Assembly: GCA_028714375.1 (NCBI GenBank) | Contig: JAQTMK010000001.1 | Location: 243,636-307,635 of the forward strand | Reading direction: 5' to 3' | Source: Candidatus Nanoarchaeia archaeon | GTDB lineage: Archaea > Nanobdellota > Nanobdellia > SCGC-AAA011-G17 > JACPNG01 | Length of the DNA stretch: 64,000 bases | Shown here: piece after piece, positions 1-8,382 of the stretch | Position numbering within the stretch: position 1 is the stretch's first letter | How the letters are laid out: every line of letters begins with the position of its first letter | Position numbers and translations under genes: made by a program | The notes under the pieces: generated by a model | Told to the model about the DNA's origin: nothing | The model's database searches: none | What the model saw: the letters and a program-made list of their open reading frames with translations, nothing else

Positions 1-2
1 GA

Positions 3-182
3 ACAATAAGAGGGATGGTTCCATACAAACAGGAAAAAGGTTTAAAAGCTTATAACAAAATAAGATGCTATAAAGGAATACCAGATCAGTTTAAGGATAA
101 AAAATTAGAAGTAATTCAGGAAACAAAATTAAAAAATGCAACAAAGTATTTGACTTTGGAACAAATATCAGCTTTAATATAA
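3..182 (+). CDS. rpl13: Ribosomal protein L13, C-terminal fragment (5' end lies outside the window)
   Basis: Frame-3 translation ends ...KGLKAYNKIRCYKGIPDQF..., matching the conserved L13 C-terminus; the gene sits directly upstream of S9, as in the archaeal L13-S9-RpoN cluster. Confidence 0.7.
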   Translation, partial: TIRGMVPYKQEKGLKAYNKIRCYKGIPDQFKDKKLEVIQETKLKNATKYLTLEQISALI

Positions 183-183
183 A

Positions 184-594
184 ATGACAGAACAAAAATC
201 ATTTGTGACATCAGGAAAAAGAAAGACTTCAATAGCTAAAGCTACTCTTAGACCTGGAAAAGGAATTATAAGAATCAACAGTCAATTACTCGATACTATT
301 GGAAATGATTTCACAAGAATGAAATTAAAAGAGCCAATGATGCTCGCTGAACCTCTAAGCAATAAAGTTAACATAAGCATTAAAGTTAAAGGTGGAGGAT
401 TCCAAAGCCAGACCGAAGCATCAAGATTAGCAATTGCTAAGGCATTGCTTAATTACTCTAATAATAGCATGGAATTAAAAAAGAAATTTTTGGATTATGA
501 CAGACACCTTTTGGTTGCTGACGTAAGAAGAAAAGAAATGTGTAAACCTAATGATTCCAAAGCTAGAGCAAAAAGACAGAAGTCATACAGGTGA
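184..594 (+). CDS. rps9: 30S ribosomal protein S9
   Basis: 136 aa; contains the conserved GGGFQSQTEASRLAIAKAL segment and a C-terminal basic tail (KRQKSYR), as expected for S9. Confidence 0.93.
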   Translation: MTEQKSFVTSGKRKTSIAKATLRPGKGIIRINSQLLDTIGNDFTRMKLKEPMMLAEPLSNKVNISIKVKGGGFQSQTEASRLAIAKALLNYSNNSMELKKKFLDYDRHLLVADVRRKEMCKPNDSKARAKRQKSYR

Positions 595-603
595 GGATAC
601 AAA

Positions 604-798
604 ATGATTATACCAATTAGATGCAAATCATGCGGAAAACCAATCGCCCATTTATGGGAAGAATTTGTAGAAAGATCTAAAACCGAAGACAAGAAAAAAG
701 TTTTGGATGATTTAGGATTGGAAAGAATGTGCTGCAGATCTGAATTTATAAGTAATGTGGATTTGATAGATACAGTAATGAAATTTAAGAAAGCTTAA
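604..798 (+). CDS. rpoN: DNA-directed RNA polymerase subunit N (Rpb10 homologue)
   Basis: 64 aa; N-terminal MIIPIRCKSCGKPI zinc-binding motif plus an internal CCR motif, typical of RpoN; lies immediately after S9. Confidence 0.9.
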   Translation: MIIPIRCKSCGKPIAHLWEEFVERSKTEDKKKVLDDLGLERMCCRSEFISNVDLIDTVMKFKKA

Positions 799-823
799 AA
801 ACAATTTCTTTTTATTTAATTCT

Positions 824-1255
824 ATGAGAGATAATTCCTTTTTGGCAGAACGTCTAGACCAGATATGGAAATTTTTATTCCCAGAGCTGGAAAGAAAAAA
901 TAATGTGATTATAAGATTTAAGGGTAGTTGGAGAAATAAGTTTGGTCATATAAAATTACTGAAAAACAAAGATACAGAAATTGCAATCAATGGTTTTTTC
1001 AAAAGTGATGTTATCCCAGAATATATCATAGATCTAACAATAGCTCACGAATTGATTCATTACATGCATGGATTTAATTCTCCTTATGAAAAAAAATTCA
1101 AGTATCCGCATCAGGGAAACATCGTAAATAAGGAATTAACAAAAAGAGGTTTTGGTGAAATGTTAAGAAAAGAAAAAGATTTTGTAAAAACCGAATGGCC
1201 TGTGATTGTCAAACAGAACTTTAAACCAAAAAGATATTCATTTAGGTTTTTTTAA
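824..1255 (+). CDS. Hypothetical protein with an HExxH motif (SprT-like putative zinc metalloprotease)
   Basis: 143 aa ORF; IAHELIHYMHG is a zincin-like motif. It occupies the position where rpoK/eno usually follow rpoN in archaea. Confidence 0.5.
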   Translation: MRDNSFLAERLDQIWKFLFPELERKNNVIIRFKGSWRNKFGHIKLLKNKDTEIAINGFFKSDVIPEYIIDLTIAHELIHYMHGFNSPYEKKFKYPHQGNIVNKELTKRGFGEMLRKEKDFVKTEWPVIVKQNFKPKRYSFRFF

Positions 1256-1561
1256 AACTGTTCTCATATACTTTTTGCAGTTTAAGCAATAGTAAATTAG
1301 TTTATTGTCTTTGGTTCTGACTCTGCAGTTTATCCCTGGTTTAAGAAAAGAATAACAGTGTTTACAGAAATTCTTTTTCAGATTAGAAGGAATCTTTGTT
1401 TTTGTTTTCATTGCAATATTTCTTGCAAGCTTGACATATCTGTTTGCCAAAGAACTGTCTTTTTTGAAAACTTCTTTTGCCTGTTTGAATAGTTCCTCAA
1501 TTCTTTCTTTTGCTATAGTCTTATCTTTTTCCTTTTTTTTCACGTAGAAATCTTTTGGCAT
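1238..1561 (-). CDS. rnp4: RNase P protein subunit Rpp21 (Rpr2)
   Basis: 107 aa; conserved ANRYVKLARNIAMKTKTKIP segment followed by a CKHCYSFL...CLNC zinc ribbon, typical of Rpp21. Confidence 0.8.
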   Translation of the reverse strand: MPKDFYVKKKEKDKTIAKERIEELFKQAKEVFKKDSSLANRYVKLARNIAMKTKTKIPSNLKKNFCKHCYSFLKPGINCRVRTKDNKLIYYCLNCKKYMRTVLKKPK

Positions 1562-1610
1562 AAGAATTACTTATTTTCTTTTTTTAAATATCTTTTGTAA
1601 GAAATATAAA

Positions 1611-1731
1611 GGTGGACAGCGAAACAGGCTTCCCGTTATATAACAGTATCACCTGAAACGTGGGTTTGTTTAACTATCCGAGTTCGAGATGGGATCGGGT
1701 GGGACCAAACCGCCATGGCCGTCCGAGTTTT
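1611..1731 (-). rRNA. rrf: 5S ribosomal RNA (stand-alone copy)
   Basis: GC-rich island in AT-rich DNA. Minus-strand sequence ggacggccatggcggtttggtcccacccgatcccatctcgaactcggatagttaaac... matches the universal 5S loop B/C signature (CCCGAUCCCAU.CGAACUCGG.AGUUAA). Ends are approximate (within ~5 nt). Confidence 0.8.
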
Positions 1732-1747
1732 TAGGTAAATTTTGAGT

Positions 1748-1757
1748 TTATAAATGT
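1748..1757 (-). promoter_or_regulatory. TATA-like box upstream of the 5S rRNA
   Basis: tttataaa (minus-strand orientation) sits about 20-28 nt upstream of the predicted 5S 5' end, consistent with archaeal TATA spacing. Confidence 0.3.
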
Positions 1758-1848
1758 TTTGCTAGTCACAGTAGATGGTAAAGTAGAACATACAAAATTT
1801 TTTAAAGAGTGAATTTTTCCCTTTTATTATGAGACCTAGAAGATCTGG

Positions 1849-2064
1849 ATGTATGGACAGAGTTTTGGACATTCCATAGCATCTAAAAAGGGATGGAATA
1901 AGAGTAAACTAAAAGAGGGAGCTATAAAGATTGCTAAAAAACAAGCAATTTCCTATGCTACAGGATATATCGTTAATCCAGTAGCAACCGATATCCTTGT
2001 TGGAAAAGGTGTGCCAAGAAAAAAGGCTAAAACCATTGTAGATATTGCAAGTAAATTTATCTAA
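1849..2064 (+). CDS. Hypothetical small basic protein, possibly part of the IS element
   Basis: 71 aa ORF with no recognisable motif; its stop overlaps the transposase stop codon (convergent). Confidence 0.25.
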   Translation: MYGQSFGHSIASKKGWNKSKLKEGAIKIAKKQAISYATGYIVNPVATDILVGKGVPRKKAKTIVDIASKFI

Positions 2065-3605
2065 GGTGGGTCTTCATAAGCTACCCTATAAAGAACCACA
2101 GCAAACAGCTTTGAACTAATCAGAGGTTTATCTATCAACCTTCCATAAATAGCTAGAGAAACGCAAAGATTGACCAAAACCCACAGATTGAATAGACAGG
2201 TTGAAAATAAAAAATAAAACAATCTAATATGAAAATTCTTTGAAGTCGTTCTGGGTTTGAAATCATGTTCTAATTGCCTATATTTAGTTTCAATACCCCA
2301 TCTTGCAGAATAAAATCTAAATAAATAATGTGTGAGTGGGACAGGCATATCCAAGTTTGTGGAGAAGGCTCTTTTTATTCCATCTTGATCATCTACTAAA
2401 ACTAAATTAGTGGTTTCATCTCCGATCTTAAAATCTTTTATTACTCTTGCCTTACAGTCTTCTGATTTATCATACCATTGTTTAACTGTTGGACTTTTTA
2501 TCTTAGGCATTAAATACTTAACATTATTTTGTTTTAGGATTCTTATTACGGATGGCTTATCAAAACCCCTATCAAGATATACTTTATGAATGTGTATTTT
2601 CTCTTTTGCTCTTTTAATTAATTTTTCAACTAAATCTTCTTGAGAGTCTACTGGATGGATCATTAAAGCATCTATCGTAAATCTTCTTCCAGCAACAACA
2701 ATTGAACAAGTCATAAACTTAAAGAAATTACTTGTTCCTTTGTCTTGCTTTCCACCCATAACAAATTGATCTGCTTTATCTCCATAATAAGGGATTTCAT
2801 GGATATCTATAGCAACATCTAACATCCGTCTATTAAGTAAATTATAATTTTTCTTAGAAAACTCAAAGATAACATCAAAAATATTTCTAAAAGTCTCTTC
2901 TATTCCTTCTTTTTGGTTTAATTTTTTTAAGTGATAAAGGATGGTTTCTCGTGCAGGGCATCCTATATCTGGATTTAATTCTTTAAAAGTTTCAACTCCA
3001 TTCGTACAAAAGTCATGAGTCTGAGCAATATGAACTAAAACATCTAATAGATCTCTTGTTGTGAACTTAGCATTATGTCTTAGCTTAATTTCTATTTGTG
3101 GGTAAACTAATCTCTTGACTAATCTTACTGCTTCTTTGAAAGCTTTATTCTTTTCATTAAGCTTATTTTTATGTTCTTTTATGACTTTGTTTACTAAGCC
3201 TATATCTAAAATGACACGATTTTGGGTAGCTATGGATAGTATTTTCTCAACAATTTTATCTAAAAACATAATTTTTTCCTTATCCAAACTCTTCTGTAAA
3301 AATTCATTAAATGTTCTTTTTTTAGGAAAGATTAAATTATCATTATCATCTTTAAAGAATCCTAGATTGTATGCTTCTCTTTTATTGTTGTTAAAATAGT
3401 CTTCTATTTGGGGGTATGTAGAAAATCCTTTAATCCTCTTGAACAGATATATCTTAATTAAGGATTCTGAAGAGAAAATATGGTTCTTAGCATCTAAGAT
3501 CGGTAAGGATAAATTTAGTTTAGAAAGAATATAGGAAATCTTAGTAGAATAACAACTACTAAGACTCCCAAAAATTTTATTAAGTTCATTTTCTATTCCC
3601 TCCAT
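2061..3605 (-). CDS. IS4/IS5-superfamily DDE transposase
   Basis: 514 aa; C-terminal YSARWGIETKYRQLEHDFK is the Y-R-E-K signature of IS4-family DDE transposases; acidic residues (DRGF, DALMIH) sit in the RNase H-like core. Confidence 0.8.
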   Translation of the reverse strand: MEGIENELNKIFGSLSSCYSTKISYILSKLNLSLPILDAKNHIFSSESLIKIYLFKRIKGFSTYPQIEDYFNNNKREAYNLGFFKDDNDNLIFPKKRTFNEFLQKSLDKEKIMFLDKIVEKILSIATQNRVILDIGLVNKVIKEHKNKLNEKNKAFKEAVRLVKRLVYPQIEIKLRHNAKFTTRDLLDVLVHIAQTHDFCTNGVETFKELNPDIGCPARETILYHLKKLNQKEGIEETFRNIFDVIFEFSKKNYNLLNRRMLDVAIDIHEIPYYGDKADQFVMGGKQDKGTSNFFKFMTCSIVVAGRRFTIDALMIHPVDSQEDLVEKLIKRAKEKIHIHKVYLDRGFDKPSVIRILKQNNVKYLMPKIKSPTVKQWYDKSEDCKARVIKDFKIGDETTNLVLVDDQDGIKRAFSTNLDMPVPLTHYLFRFYSARWGIETKYRQLEHDFKPRTTSKNFHIRLFYFLFSTCLFNLWVLVNLCVSLAIYGRLIDKPLISSKLFAVVLYRVAYEDPP

Positions 3606-3636
3606 TAAAGATTCTGTATTTACGGTACGGACTCCT

Positions 3637-3665
3637 GCCAGGAACAGTTATCTGTTCCTTGGCAT
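3637..3665. repeat. Near-perfect 12-13 bp inverted repeat (hairpin)
   Basis: tgccaggaacag-ttat-ctgttccttggca; overlaps the stop codon of the small zinc-finger ORF. Confidence 0.6.
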
Positions 3666-3809
3666 CTCTGATTGTATTATTGCAATTGCTTGCCATATGC
3701 TCTTAAGATTCATTTGTATATCCCTATGTTCTGGACATAACACTTTTCCTGTTAATGGATCCAATTTGCCTGGTTTTTTGCAATATTTGCATCGTTTATA
3801 TTTTTCCAT
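3648..3809 (-). CDS. Small zinc-finger protein (53 aa) upstream of the transposase
   Basis: Not on the ORF track (<60 aa). Translation MEKYKRCKYCKKPGKLDPLTGKVLCPEHRDIQMNLKSIWQAIAIIQSEMPRNR shows a CxxC...CPEH zinc-ribbon pattern. Same strand as, and just upstream of, the transposase. Confidence 0.35.
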   Translation of the reverse strand: MEKYKRCKYCKKPGKLDPLTGKVLCPEHRDIQMNLKSIWQAIAIIQSEMPRNR

Positions 3810-4011
3810 GATATATCCTCCCTTACATTATATTTTATACCATCTTTTTCTCTTATCAAATTCCACTAGCTTGTTTTAGACAACTTCTAATATTTTAGTC
3901 CTACTATTTTAGAATAATCCCATTTATAAATTTTTCTAAACAAATAGGACTAAAATTTTCACCTTTCAGTGAATAAGAATATTTAAGTATTAGTCCTATT
4001 TAATTATAGTA

Positions 4012-4290
4012 ATGAAAAAAAATAGTCTTAAGAATCGAGATATCCAATTTGCCAAAATTGGAGAGTATGAAACTATTAAAAAAGAAAAAAAGATTGGTGC
4101 AGAAAAAATCAAAGAAGAACCCCTAGAAAGCCTTATTTATTTTGATGGCAGACAATACTCCTGTAAGATCCCAAAAAAAGTTATGGATACTGTTGGGTTT
4201 AGGAAAGGAGATAAATTAAAATTTACCTTAATAAAAATCCCAAGAGAAGGAGTAATCGAATTGGAGGTAGAGTATGTTAAATCCAGATAA
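4012..4290 (+). CDS. AbrB/MazE/SpoVT-like (swapped-hairpin) DNA-binding protein
   Basis: 92 aa; the C-terminal IPKKVMDTVGFRKGDKLKFTLIKIP resembles the AbrB/MazE looped-hinge-helix motif. Its 3' end overlaps the next gene by 17 nt. Confidence 0.5.
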   Translation: MKKNSLKNRDIQFAKIGEYETIKKEKKIGAEKIKEEPLESLIYFDGRQYSCKIPKKVMDTVGFRKGDKLKFTLIKIPREGVIELEVEYVKSR

Positions 4291-4525
4291 TTTTTCTGAA
4301 ATTGAGTTCAAAATCTTGAAGATTTTATTTTCAGGAATGAGATTTATGTCTACCAAGGAGATTTCAGTTAAAACTGGTTATGCCTGGGAAACTTGTTTAT
4401 CTTATCTGAAGGAACTTTATGAAGGAGGATATGTTCTCGTAAAAAAAACAACAAAACAACAAAACACAAGTTTATTATGGAAATTTAACTATGAAAGATA
4501 CAGGGATCTTAAAAAGCAATCTTAG
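4274..4525 (+). CDS. Winged helix-turn-helix transcriptional regulator
   Basis: 83 aa; MSTKEISVKTGYAWETCLSYLKELYEGGYV looks like an ArsR/MarR-type wHTH; coupled to the preceding gene. Confidence 0.5.
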   Translation: MLNPDNFSEIEFKILKILFSGMRFMSTKEISVKTGYAWETCLSYLKELYEGGYVLVKKTTKQQNTSLLWKFNYERYRDLKKQS

Positions 4526-4600
4526 TTTATTCACCTTATGTATTAATTCTGACTTAATTAATTAAATCTTAAAAAATTAAAAAAAGGAGTTATTAACTCC

Positions 4601-5161
4601 TTATTTCCAGGCAAGTGTGCTTATGCCTACTCCTACACCTTCAAAGATGAAGTTAGTTCTCCATGGTTTGTAGCTTTTAATGTATTTATAGACATTTGAG
4701 TTACTTGCGAAATGGAATTGTGTTGTTTTCCATTTATCAACTTCTACAACAGGTTCTCCTTTAACCATTGTAGTATCACACTCTGTGTTCTCATCTACAA
4801 AAGAACCCACAACAAAGTCTTTATTTCCTATTTCAACACTCAGGTCAAAGCTGTCGTCTGCATCACATCTGTCTAAGTAAGTTACATAAACATTTGAGAA
4901 TGAAGCAACTTTCTTCTTATTCAAGATTAAGTCTAAACTTGCTTCTGAATCCTCAATTATTCTATAACCTACTTTATATTTTTCTACTCCACTCCATCCT
5001 GTTAGAGTTAGGTCTTTATTTCCTTTCAAGGAAATCATTGTGTTTATGTTTTTTTGGTTTGCTAACTCAAAAACACTTGCGTCTTTTGGGATTGTAACTG
5101 CACTAGCAAAGCTTACAAATCCAACTAAAAATATAGCCAATATAGCTAGAATTTTATTCAT
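4601..5161 (-). CDS. Secreted hypothetical protein
   Basis: 186 aa; N-terminal signal peptide MNKILAILAIFLVGFVSFASA. Confidence 0.55.
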   Translation of the reverse strand: MNKILAILAIFLVGFVSFASAVTIPKDASVFELANQKNINTMISLKGNKDLTLTGWSGVEKYKVGYRIIEDSEASLDLILNKKKVASFSNVYVTYLDRCDADDSFDLSVEIGNKDFVVGSFVDENTECDTTMVKGEPVVEVDKWKTTQFHFASNSNVYKYIKSYKPWRTNFIFEGVGVGISTLAWK

Positions 5162-5298
5162 TTTAATCCTCCATATTTAGTTACCCCTTTTATTGTTACT
5201 TTCTAACAATAGTGATAATATATAAAGCTTTTGGTATCCATTTGGTATGGATAACCAAAAAAGAATATATTTTGAAACGTGTTAGAGAGGTATGTCAA

Positions 5299-5457
5299 AT
5301 GGTTAGCAAATACACAAATATCGGACTCCCTGATGAATTAATAAAAGCAATAGATGACATTATCAAGAATTCTAAGTTAGGTTATAAGTCAAGAGGGGAA
5401 TTTGTCAAGGAAGCTGTAAGGGTTTCTCTAATGAAGATTAGAGAACATAAAAAGTGA
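5299..5457 (+). CDS. Ribbon-helix-helix (CopG/NikR-like) DNA-binding protein
   Basis: IGLPDELIKAIDDIIKNSKLGYKSRGEFVKEAVRVSL is a classic RHH pattern. The track ORF starts at 5212, but M at 5299 (MVSKYTNIG) is the more plausible start. Confidence 0.55.
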   Translation: MVSKYTNIGLPDELIKAIDDIIKNSKLGYKSRGEFVKEAVRVSLMKIREHKK

Positions 5458-5633
5458 TCTAAATAAGGATTGGATATTAGAACAATTAAAAAGAATCCAG
5501 ATATTTCTATGTCTTCTTTAGAAAGGAAGATTGGACGAATCCTTCTTCTTTGAGAGAACATTGTGAACAATTGGAAGAGCTAGGATTGATTAAGATTAAA
5601 AAAAGTGAAAAAGACTACAAGATTAAAGATTAT

Positions 5634-6473
5634 TTAATCTGTTGAAGATGCTCTAAGAAGAAATTCCTTTGGGGTAATTGGTTCTAAACCATAATATGCT
5701 TTTATCTCATTATGGACTTTAAAAAAGGTTTGATCGTCACTTCCTCTGAAAGGAATAAATATATGGTCACAAGAAACGAAATAGAAAGTAGGGGTAATCT
5801 TTAATTCATCTTTCATTTTATTGTAACAATATATTGCTTCAGCCAAAATTCTAAGATCATTTATTTTCTTATAATTTCCAAATTTATAAAATGGCTCTAA
5901 TAACTTTTTTAGATTTTGATATTCTGGATAATCTTTATCTTTTATTAAAAAACCTTCATTAACTCCTTTTCTCTCAAAGTAGTCTATTAAATAATCTTGT
6001 CTTATTTTGAGCGGTTTAAATATTTTACTAAATAATTCATCTCTCAATCCTTCAACAGAAACATCATCTACTGCTATAGAACCAAACTGATCTAAGATAT
6101 CATAAGTAATTGAGGGAAATTTAACAAAAAATATTTGAAAAAGAAGGTAATCAAACACTTTTTTATCCTCAATAGGTAATTTACTTATCCTTTTTGGTAA
6201 TTTTAATTTTTCAATAATCTTCTTTTCTAATTGCTCCTTTTTTTGTAATAAATTTCTAATCTCTCTCTTTACACCATATGAAACAAAGGGATCTAATTCT
6301 CCTTTTTTCTTCATTACATACTCTATTAATTCATAAGAATGTTTATATCTCTCGGGTTTAGATATTAATCCTTTTTCTATATCCATTTTAAGATAATTGT
6401 TGGATTCTAATAATTTGTATTGAGCTGCACCCAAAATAACACTTGTTTCAAAAAATAATTTGGCTGAAATCAT
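5634..6473 (-). CDS. Hypothetical protein (279 aa), downstream member of a coupled pair
   Basis: Long ORF with no confidently recognised domain. Its start codon overlaps the stop of the upstream gene (TAATG on the minus strand). Confidence 0.55.
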   Translation of the reverse strand: MISAKLFFETSVILGAAQYKLLESNNYLKMDIEKGLISKPERYKHSYELIEYVMKKKGELDPFVSYGVKREIRNLLQKKEQLEKKIIEKLKLPKRISKLPIEDKKVFDYLLFQIFFVKFPSITYDILDQFGSIAVDDVSVEGLRDELFSKIFKPLKIRQDYLIDYFERKGVNEGFLIKDKDYPEYQNLKKLLEPFYKFGNYKKINDLRILAEAIYCYNKMKDELKITPTFYFVSCDHIFIPFRGSDDQTFFKVHNEIKAYYGLEPITPKEFLLRASSTD

Positions 6474-7018
6474 TATAATTCAGAGATTAGTTCGTTAGTT
6501 TCATTAAGAACTTTAACTAAAATCTCTTCTCCTTCTTTATTACTAAACAGGATCCGATCTTCTTTATAGATTGCGTCTTCTTTGGAGAGTTTTATTAAAA
6601 TTCTAATAGAGTCATTTAATGTGACAAAACATTCATTTTCTATTTTATTTGAATCATATATATTTTTTAAAGAATCAATAATTAATCTAATAAAAACTAA
6701 ATAATCTCTATCTAAAATTCTTTTTGCAGCTATTGGGTTTTGATGAGCCATTTTTGCATTTGTCAAGTTATCTTTTAGATTTAAACAAATGTCTTTTGTA
6801 GTGATAGCCGCACCAAAAGTGATTATTTGATCCATCATTTTTTGATCAAATTTATTAAAGAAAACATTTCCCATTTCTTCAAAATCTTTAGCTAATTTAT
6901 CAAAACATTCGATCACTTGAGGTGAAATCTCTTTTTGTTCAATACTTTTTTTTAGTAATTCATCTATATGAAAAATTAAATTTTCACTTTGATCGAGATT
7001 ACATGTTTTATGATCCAT
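6473..7018 (-). CDS. Hypothetical protein (181 aa), upstream member of a coupled pair
   Basis: Long ORF; translationally coupled to the 5634-6473 gene. Confidence 0.55.
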   Translation of the reverse strand: MDHKTCNLDQSENLIFHIDELLKKSIEQKEISPQVIECFDKLAKDFEEMGNVFFNKFDQKMMDQIITFGAAITTKDICLNLKDNLTNAKMAHQNPIAAKRILDRDYLVFIRLIIDSLKNIYDSNKIENECFVTLNDSIRILIKLSKEDAIYKEDRILFSNKEGEEILVKVLNETNELISEL

Positions 7019-7220
7019 CTTTCAATTTATAAATAAAAGTGTATGAGAACATTTTATAGAAAGTAATCTCCAATGGATTACCCAACCCCTTTTTCATACA
7101 TATCTATAAAATATCCCCTTATATAAATGTAACATTATCACTTGATAGTTAATATTTAAACTTTTCGTTTATCCAAACTATATGTATTAAATTATTTCAA
7201 AATTAGATTATTTAAAAGAA

Positions 7221-7658
7221 TTGTTTGAGTTGAGAAAAATTTATCTATTTGGAGTTATCTGCCAAAAGATGAAATCCACTGAAAAAATTGCAGACTCTCT
7301 AGAAAAATTCTTGGTAAGATTACAGAGGGCTAACTCTTTGATTATAGAAAGAGAAAAACATCCAGTATTAAAATCTCAAGTTTGGGAATTAGCTAGGATG
7401 TTTATAAGGGTAATATTTTATTTTCTTCTTATCTTTGGAGGGTATCTACTCACTACACTGCCTCAAATTCTTAAGTCAAAGAGTCTATTTTTTGGATTTG
7501 CCTTATATGTGATCCTATTAATAGTTATGTATGAGGTTTTGATAATGTATTTAATGAAAAAATTAAAATGTTTATTAAGAAAGCTCATGAAACCTATGGA
7601 AAAGATTTTAAAAATCAAACCAATCAGCAAGAAAGTGGAGGCAAAAAATAAATGTTAA
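7221..7658 (+). CDS. Small membrane protein (2 predicted TM helices), partner of the Doc-like toxin
   Basis: Hydrophobic segments VIFYFLLIFGGYLLTTL and LFFGFALYVILLIVMYEVLIMYLM; the 3' end overlaps the Doc gene by 7 nt. Alternative start at 7269 (MKSTEK). Confidence 0.5.
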   Translation: MFELRKIYLFGVICQKMKSTEKIADSLEKFLVRLQRANSLIIEREKHPVLKSQVWELARMFIRVIFYFLLIFGGYLLTTLPQILKSKSLFFGFALYVILLIVMYEVLIMYLMKKLKCLLRKLMKPMEKILKIKPISKKVEAKNKC

Positions 7659-8083
7659 CTAATGAAGAAGTTATTAAACACAATAAACATATTATTGATG
7701 TTAGTGGAGGAGATTTTGGGGTACTCCAAAGAGGAGATCTAGATTTTATTGTAGATTCTTCAAATCAAGCAAAAACTATCATAGATAAGGCTACGAGTCT
7801 TCTTTATGGTATCGCAAATAGTCATTCATTTCTTAATGGAAATAAAAGAACTGCTTTTGAACTTTCAAAGGGAGTCTTGGAATCTGGAGGATACGCTTTT
7901 ACTGCTAGCCCAGAAAGTATAATTGGATTTATAGGGGGCATAGCCCAAGATCAAGTGTCTAAACCACAAGTCAAAGAATGGATTACAACCAATTCACATT
8001 TTACAGGAAGTACTTTAAATTTGACTAGCATAGTCACAGAAAACATTAATAAAGATAAGGAACTATTAAAAAAATTAGATTAA
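7652..8083 (+). CDS. Doc/Fic-family protein (death-on-curing-like toxin)
   Basis: 143 aa; HSFLNGNKRTAFELSKGVL matches the Doc-type Fic motif HxFx(D/N)GNKR. Confidence 0.7.
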   Translation: MLTNEEVIKHNKHIIDVSGGDFGVLQRGDLDFIVDSSNQAKTIIDKATSLLYGIANSHSFLNGNKRTAFELSKGVLESGGYAFTASPESIIGFIGGIAQDQVSKPQVKEWITTNSHFTGSTLNLTSIVTENINKDKELLKKLD

Positions 8084-8121
8084 GTTTATCAAATAAGTTG
8101 ATTAAAGATATAGAATAAAAC

Positions 8122-8382
8122 ATGGGAGACTGTTCTTGTGGAAATAGGACGAGGGGAAATAACCAATCTATTTGTGGTGTATGCAGACGAAAAAGAAGAG
8201 ATGTTCGTAATAAAGAAAGAGCTGAGGAAAAAGAGAGAAAATTAATGAAGAGATTAATCTCTTACCATCATTTTTTAAAAAACAATCGAGCTCCAAAATA
8301 TTTTCGTAAAGAACTCTGGAAAACTTTTAAACCAATTTTATCTAAAGAAACTAGAAAGGAACTAAAACAGGAAGGGTGGTAG
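8122..8382 (+). CDS. Small basic protein with an N-terminal Cys cluster (zinc ribbon)
   Basis: 86 aa; CSCGN...CGVCRRKRR followed by a K/R/E-rich tail. Confidence 0.45.
   Translation: MGDCSCGNRTRGNNQSICGVCRRKRRDVRNKERAEEKERKLMKRLISYHHFLKNNRAPKYFRKELWKTFKPILSKETRKELKQEGW

Larger units (their letters stand above)
2050..3830 (-). mobile_element. Putative insertion sequence (transposase plus small upstream zinc-finger ORF); ends not resolved
   Basis: Transposase ORF plus a 53-aa zinc-finger ORF in the same orientation immediately upstream. No clear terminal inverted repeats could be identified by eye. Confidence 0.4.

Noticed and set aside
495-692. 65-aa minus-strand ORF overlapping the 3' end of rps9 and the start of rpoN
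   Set aside because: Antisense to two strongly supported ribosomal/RNAP genes and has no motif; a reading-frame artefact.
3115-3399. 94-aa plus-strand ORF inside the transposase gene (similarly 3697-3879)
   Set aside because: Antisense or low-complexity ORFs within or next to the DDE transposase; the minus-strand 53-aa zinc-finger ORF explains the 3.65-3.81 kb interval better.
5458-5633. Short wHTH-like reading frame (..LREHCEQLEELGLIKIKKSEKDYKI..) downstream of the RHH gene
   Set aside because: No start codon or ribosome-binding site in frame and it is interrupted by stops; possibly a pseudogene remnant, too weak to call.
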